Below, piece by piece: positions 57,201 through 64,000 of a DNA stretch of 64,000 bases. The position numbers and the translations under genes were made by a program. The DNA comes from Balanoglossus misakiensis (Eukaryota; Animalia; Hemichordata), in assembly GCA_040954595.2 (NCBI GenBank), contig CM082579.2, positions 9,165,625 to 9,229,624 on the forward strand. The letters are read 5' to 3'. The notes under the pieces were generated by a model that made no database searches, was not told where the DNA came from, and saw only the letters and a list, made by a program, of their open reading frames with translations. Every line of letters begins with the position of its first letter. Within the stretch, counting starts at the first letter, position 1.

Positions 57201-60200
57201 TTCAAAGAACGCATTGCTGCGTGTTAAAGATTTCAAGATGGCGCCCATTTCATATTAGATGGCTTCCGCCGCCCGAAGGATACCGCCAACTGCATGCAGA
57301 GGCCGATCTTTTCAAGGACTGCAAGTGTTGACTGTGAAATGTTGGCTCCGCGTGGAATCGTCTAGTGAAGGTCGATAATTCATTTCGCATGCATACTTAA
57401 GAGTCCAATAAGGTAAAGTTTGCGGAAGGTTAAGAGGTTTGGCAGAGAAGACACGCGATTATCTACGCCTGTACAGCTTTAAATGCAGAAACACAATCAA
57501 AACGGAATTACCTAATATGAATTTATATTGCGAATTAGCTCTGGAGTCCAATCGTTTTACTTGAACCGAAACTAGCTTGTTAGTCACGTGGGTCCTGCGT
57601 ATTAGCAGTAGTAGTTACTACTACTATACTACTAGCAGTTGTTGTATTTTATAATTTTCAATAAAACGATCATGCTAGTACAAAGCCCATACCCCAAATT
57701 GAAAGTACGTCCGACCAGGAAAAAAATCCTCATTTAATACTTTAAGATACCATTAAAACGTAATCGCTTCATTGCAGACACAGGCAGGGACGGTGCAAAA
57801 GGAAGACCGCGAGCCCAAAGCCACGTTTACCTTTAACTTGCCATGAATTAATCGTTTCCGCCATTGATAAAAAATCTATGCCCTTAATTCGGCATACATA
57901 GTGCTGATCCATTACGCTTGTTTTCCCCGGGGTTATATGATTCACCCCAGGAAGGACTGGCAAAAACATCTGCTGTACGCTGTAACGGTCACAGCGTGGC
58001 GTGAACACTGGGTAATACATGTGTATACAAGAAAACAATTTCAACACCAAATACAGCAGATTGAAATCCTGCTCGTAATGCTTATCTGTACATTTTACGC
58101 GGAGTGGCACTAAACGCCTATCCTTTTTTAACTTAGAGATGGAACAATGATTTCCTTCGAAACATAAACAGTGCTGGTGTTCTTCATTTGAAGTACCCTA
58201 ACGTCAGGTATACACAGACTGACTGCATTATTAAAAAGGAAAGCGAGCGTTTGATAACAGGGTCTCAATCACCCAATCAATGCATTCACAACCATCAGGT
58301 CTGGATATCGATTCAATGGCTGTGCTTTGAAAAACCATGCACTGAAGCATGTAACCAAGCCCACTGTTGTGAGAAACATATATATTAACTATAGAATTCA
58401 GTATGTTTAAAAGAAACCATATTCTCTCGTTAGGGACACGAGAATCAGGAATTTCTATTTAAAATAAAAGAGTATACATAACACGGATGAACAGAATTTT
58501 TATTTGGATTCAGTTTCACCGCATCATCTACCAACGGGCGCCATTTAATTGCAGAGGTACCGAATGCGAGCTGATATTTTATCTTGATCACTTTCGTCTC
58601 TCCTCATCACGGAATCACCCGCCGTAACCTCTCCGTGAAATACAGTCTTCTTTTTACTTGAAACTTCAAATCCGTCACCGCATGACCCGGAAGGTTACGA
58701 GGCGGCCTGGATGACCCCATTGACATGTCCGATCAATCGCGGTTTCCTGTCAATATGGCGCGGTAGAATGTTGCACTTTGATCGTTCTGTATTAAGCGAT
58801 TCCGATTCGATAAACGTGAACGTGAAAATTCGCCTGCCAAATATTATGCAGGTAGCTGCTCGTGAAAAAAAACTATATATTCTTTGACAGGGACTCAAAG
58901 CGTACACTAACCACCAAATATGCGCTTGACAAGCCACGTAATTTTAAACATGTTTGAATATATCCAACTTGCACAGTGTAGGGCGTGGCTAACCATGTCT
59001 ATTTGTTCACGCGAAGTCTGCGGTCATAAAAAAAAACCTTGCAAATAATGAAACAGAAATATTTGATCAAATATACCAAACTGAAGTCAGCAGATGGAAC
59101 GGATTGACAGTTCTCGAGTGGTCGTGACGATAGGTTGGCTAGAGGCTTTTTGCCGTACTTGCCATCGAATATTGGGATATTTGATGCAATTCGAAGAATC
59201 ATTAACTCAACACAGCAAACAAGTCATATGCCTCCTTTAGGCAATATTTTATGTTAGGGGGGGGGGGGGCTTCTTCAATTAAATTCAGTTTTTGATGCGT
59301 TAGTCTTCCTCGTGGAAGCACATTTGCTAGTGAACGTGCATGGGAGGTAAGAAAAATAGGTTGTTCAACCAATTGTTTCCATGAAAGTCACGACTCCATA
59401 GATTTAATTCAGCGATTGGCGGCCATTTTGAATTTCACATTTTAGATAGTTTGGCACTCTCACTCAAAATAGAGCACGGTGACTCCATATTTTATATCTC
59501 CAGTGTTAAGAGAGAATAATGTAAAGTAATTTTGAGCAAAGTATAAGAAAAAAGCTAATCCTTCGATTTTCGAGGTGCTCAAAACAGAATAAATTGGTCT
59601 ACCGCCATGAGTCCATCTGCGGCCTGCGGTGATGTTGATAGACGTTGTCGGGCAAACTGTGCCAGCTTTCTCGTGGGAGCAAATCAGAATAAGTATCATG
59701 TGTTGTAATTGAAAACACAGAGTCTAACCCTGTTACTGGTGATTTGGACAGCTGACGAATTTGCCTTTTACGAAGCCGGCTGAATAACATATACAAACCC
59801 TCCTCATGTGCAGCAGTTTATGGAAATGCCAAAACACGTTGTGCTGGTCTGTGGTAAAGCTGCTCTTCCGATCCCCTAAGGCTGAGCTTATTTGCTGCTA
59901 AGCTTCTGACGTCAGAAAATCAAAAGGGCTTTTCTGGCAGTGTGTTTATCATGAAGTGTACGAATTCCGTCTCGTGTATATCAAAGCGTATCTATAGTGT
60001 CGGGCACAGATAGAGTGTCGATGTATAACTTCGTATATAGTTGCTGTTAACTCTAAGACAACAAAACACACGTTTCTTCTTGCACGAAAAAAAATCAAAA
60101 TGGCCGCCAGTTTTCTAACTACAGTATAAGCTTGACCATCGAAAAGCATGGCCACCTCTCCCTTGGTAACAAGGCCTCGTTCTTTTACGCGGACGACAGG

Positions 60201-62526
60201 AAAGTGTTTGAAATTGCTTTCCTGTGCGCAAACGTTATGCAGACAAACACGCCACTGACGTCCAGACACGTAAACATGCGTCACTATCGTAACAGTCTAG
60301 AAATGTCAAAACAATAACAGTGAATCCAGAATCCTCACGTTGGGCACGCGCATCCGAGGGGGAGCGTAACCCAATTTCCGCGCGTGACTACTTGGCACAG
60401 ACATGATAACAAACCACGGAGCAGTGCGCGAGACCATTCAGTACAATCGAAAGATAGAACAACGGATACTCCAAATGGGGTTTCACCTAAGAAATTACCA
60501 TTGAAACTCACGAAAATTTCGATCGTTTGAAGCTTCTAATAGTCTATAATAACAAATGCATTCTGTGATTTATAACGTGGCTGCATAACATTTCTTCAAG
60601 GAACATTTAGCGTCACCCCCAGCCGGTATCACAATCTCAATGAATCTGCCTCTGCCATATGTTTTTTAAAGAACTCATTACGTCACGAAATGAATACTTA
60701 TGTATAAATACCAGTAACATTTCATTGCCACAGTCAAGCACAAAGGGCGAGGGTAACATTTATGAGTTGGAATTCAAAATCTCACGTTGGCCATGCTGTC
60801 TTGTTACAGTGACGAACTGATCAGAAGGATTTTAGTCGATATGCACGCATTTTAGCGTTTGCAGGATGATACGCTAGGCTGAAATGCCAAAACGATAAGG
60901 CTATATCTCCTCTTTTCCATGGTAACCGTAGATAAATTTGCATAGGCGATCGTATATCATCATGCCTCCAAGATTGTTTTTAGGAAAATGCCGACACGCG
61001 AGATGGTCATGCATCTGTTTCATTTGGAGGTAAAATCGTGTGTACGACCTTCACACTCAACGTGAATTTAAGAATTACGCCGACCACGCCCAATAACTAG
61101 AATTTATTTTCATTAATACCTCACTATCCTTTCAAAGGGGATTTCAACCAGACGGTTATAATCTGTAATGACATTGTGTGATTGATTAATTGCATAGTCG
61201 CAGATTTTTCTGGAAGCATTTTATTAGACTTGAATTTTACTGTCTTGTTCGGATTTTGCCACCGTGTCTTGGTATATAGCTGTTAGGTTCGTGAGAACAC
61301 ATTTTAAGCGTAAAATATACATACGTTTACAGCACAGAGCTATAGCTATCAACGGAAAGCTCCACGAATTTTATTTGTGTATGTTACAATTTCTACTACC
61401 GAACTTAAGAATGGATTCATAAATTATTTGAAAACGTGAATATTGTCAGCAAAACCGCGATCTCAGATAATTGACAGACAAATCATTTTTCTCACACTGT
61501 CAACAAGCGACCAAGGGTTTAAAGATCGTTTTGTCATTAGTTTATTTAAATTGCGTTAATTGTAGGTAACAACCCGTTCTAAGAAAGTTAGAAAGCTTAT
61601 GAGACATTGTTTCTGAGAATGTGTCAAATTTGATGGACTTCCATACAGTTCATATACACCTTTCCTTCCTTCCTTCCCTCCTTCCATCCGGAAATGATCG
61701 AGTGTGATCACTTTGTGCGAACATATTGGAATATAAATGTTTTATAACGCGGACACTAATGGCTTTATTAATAGTCTTCTATATAAGGCACAATGGGCAA
61801 GTCCGAGACTATTATCAGAATAACATTGAAATTGATCACACAGGTCCTATAATTTATGGTTTACCAATATACTGAAGTTGAAATAACCCTCAAAGATGTT
61901 TAACATGATTCCAGGCGAAAATTTCTACCTAACATTTTTATTGTTTTTCTTTCAACATAATTGGTAGACTGCATTTTATTTTCCATGTACGTGTATGTAA
62001 CAAATATCTCCTGTAGTATACGCGAGGCTGCAGAGGCTTAAAAGTACCCTGTAAATCGGATAAGATTGCGATCGGCTGTTGATTTATATATTGCATGTCA
62101 GAAGTCCCATACATTTTGCAGTATATCAAGAAAAGTCTTTCTTAAATTTCTAGATCCGAGATAATGTTTCATGTAAAGCTATGGGTAGAAAGTCGCGACA
62201 GAAAAAAATGATGTCTGTATAGCATCGTCGTGTTTTGGTGTGTTTCTCTTCTTGGGCACCCACCAATAACTCATGCGTATCATCCCCCAAATGTGAGGTT
62301 TTCTAACCGAGATTTATGCCTTTCTACAGTCGTACAGTAGTCTTAATATATCTACTCAGGAAATGAGAAAGAGTACTGGAGAAGCTTGAAGTGCATTACA
62401 AAATAGGATTATTTCATTGACAACGTGCTCAGCAATGCCTAGAAAAAATCGTTTGGCTGCTTACTGTTGAAACTCCCGAGAAGAACTCACTTCGTCAAAT
62501 ATTCTTAATTTCAACACTAGAAACTA

Positions 62527-62701
62527 AGATACATAGATACATAGATACATAGATACATAGATACATACACACATACATACATACATACATACATACATAC
62601 ATACATACATACATACATACATACATACATACATACATACATACATACATACATACATACATACATACATACATACATACATACATACATACATACATAC
62701 A

Positions 62702-62735
<34 letters not shown>

Positions 62736-62758
62736 CATACATACATACATGTACATAC
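62527..62758. repeat. (CATA)n microsatellite with (GATACATA)n start
   Basis: Direct sequence. Confidence 0.95.
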
Positions 62759-64000
62759 AGAGTCTATGTACAGCCAACAGATGATCTCCATCTAACAGTA
62801 ACACAAGACTCAAGACTGTTCAAGAAGTTTACGAATATTTTTTGAGAAACAAACCGAAACGGATAACAGCTGTTTTACCGGGACATTTGCGACGTACGTT
62901 CACACCTAGTACATTGTACTTTTCTTATTTTTTCTCTTCGGCGAGGCAAACGATATACGATTACAATTTACAAGAAAGAATCAGGTATCAGATGAGTGTG
63001 ATGATTAGGCGTTTGTAACACGACACTCCATGCAACGCAATAATGACATTTACTGTCGTTTAATCCAGATTTCCTCGACACTTTCCGAACAATTTATAGT
63101 CCCTGTCTCCGGAAGAAAATGTCATGACTCTAAAGTGGTCAGATGTTCTCATGTGTCCGATGAGAACTTTTTTCCATGATGCATGCGTGTCCCCATGATA
63201 TTAACACTTCATAGGGTGATTGACCGGTCATTAAATCAATACAATTACATGTACATGTACCTCTAATTCACATATGCCCATGTGTGATCTAAAAGGCGTG
63301 GTTAAATGATCATGTGAAGGCGCTCTTTTTTAGCATAGCCACTCATTAGTTAAAATCCGGGATTGGCTACAGTGGTAGTCGGTCTATTACAACAAATGGT
63401 TTAATGTAAAACGAAGATGACATGTTTGGGGAGAAGGCCTCCCGTAAATAAAGCTTCGTTTGGATGAAGTTAAATGAAGGACATGTTTTCTAACTGGCAG
63501 TGCGTAGATAATAATTAAAACACAAAATTAGACGAAACGTATTCTGTCGACCACAAGAGATATAAAAATGGCGTAGACTGGAATCATAGACATATAATAT
63601 CCCGTTTGCGAGGGTAAATCTTCATACACGACCGGCTGCCGATTGTCATTTTACGCGGCCATTTTACACTGCTTAGTCCTGATCACGCAGACTTTGCAGA
63701 TTCGATTTATCAATTATTTTCGACTTGTGATAAAAGAGCGTGGCCTTTTTTTTGACAGAATCAGCGGCGGAGTCGCGACCCGCCCAACTTGAAAGATGAG
63801 CGGCGCGTGCTTAAGGTGGATTCAATCCAGTGTTTGCGACCGAGGGATAGATGGCTCTGTAACTTCGGAAAGTGTGGTTTCCCATATACCCGAAGTTTCC
63901 ACGATGGTTTACGAGTTCGGCCTTCATCGCAGACGCCATCGTCGAGTCGCGCTGCGCGGGAAGCGCACCTCGCACTCTGTAGGGTAAAACGGCGATGCAT

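Noticed and set aside
48960-63700. Many short ORFs upstream of TRPC
   Set aside because: No recognisable motifs or consistent exon chains; probably 5'-UTR introns or intergenic regulatory DNA.

Overview
Intron-rich, AT-rich animal genomic DNA; gene content and repeats suggest a marine invertebrate such as a hemichordate, amphioxus or echinoderm (inference only). Gene models were built by hand from splice sites and reading phase. (1) A tandem pair of DEG/ENaC (ASIC-like) channel genes on +. Copy 1 (1088-5000) is cut inside its FPAVxxCN exon by a repeat element. Copy 2 (8273-21235, 10 coding exons, about 483 aa) is complete, and its first coding intron is a GC-AG intron holding a 6.8-kb higher-order satellite array. 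(2) A single-pass receptor on + (22979-27933, about 649 aa) with one YWTD beta-propeller, a mucin-like stalk and an acidic tail rich in tyrosine motifs. (3) An ASMT/COMT-type O-methyltransferase on - with an intronless CDS (28786-29799). (4) A TRPC4/5- or TRPgamma-like channel on - (32514-48935, 10 coding exons, about 1077 aa), with a candidate 12-nt microexon and a nested Academ-like transposon complex in its last intron. The last 15 kb show no recognisable protein-coding gene. Most short ORFs in the supplied track are artefacts of microsatellites or antisense frames.
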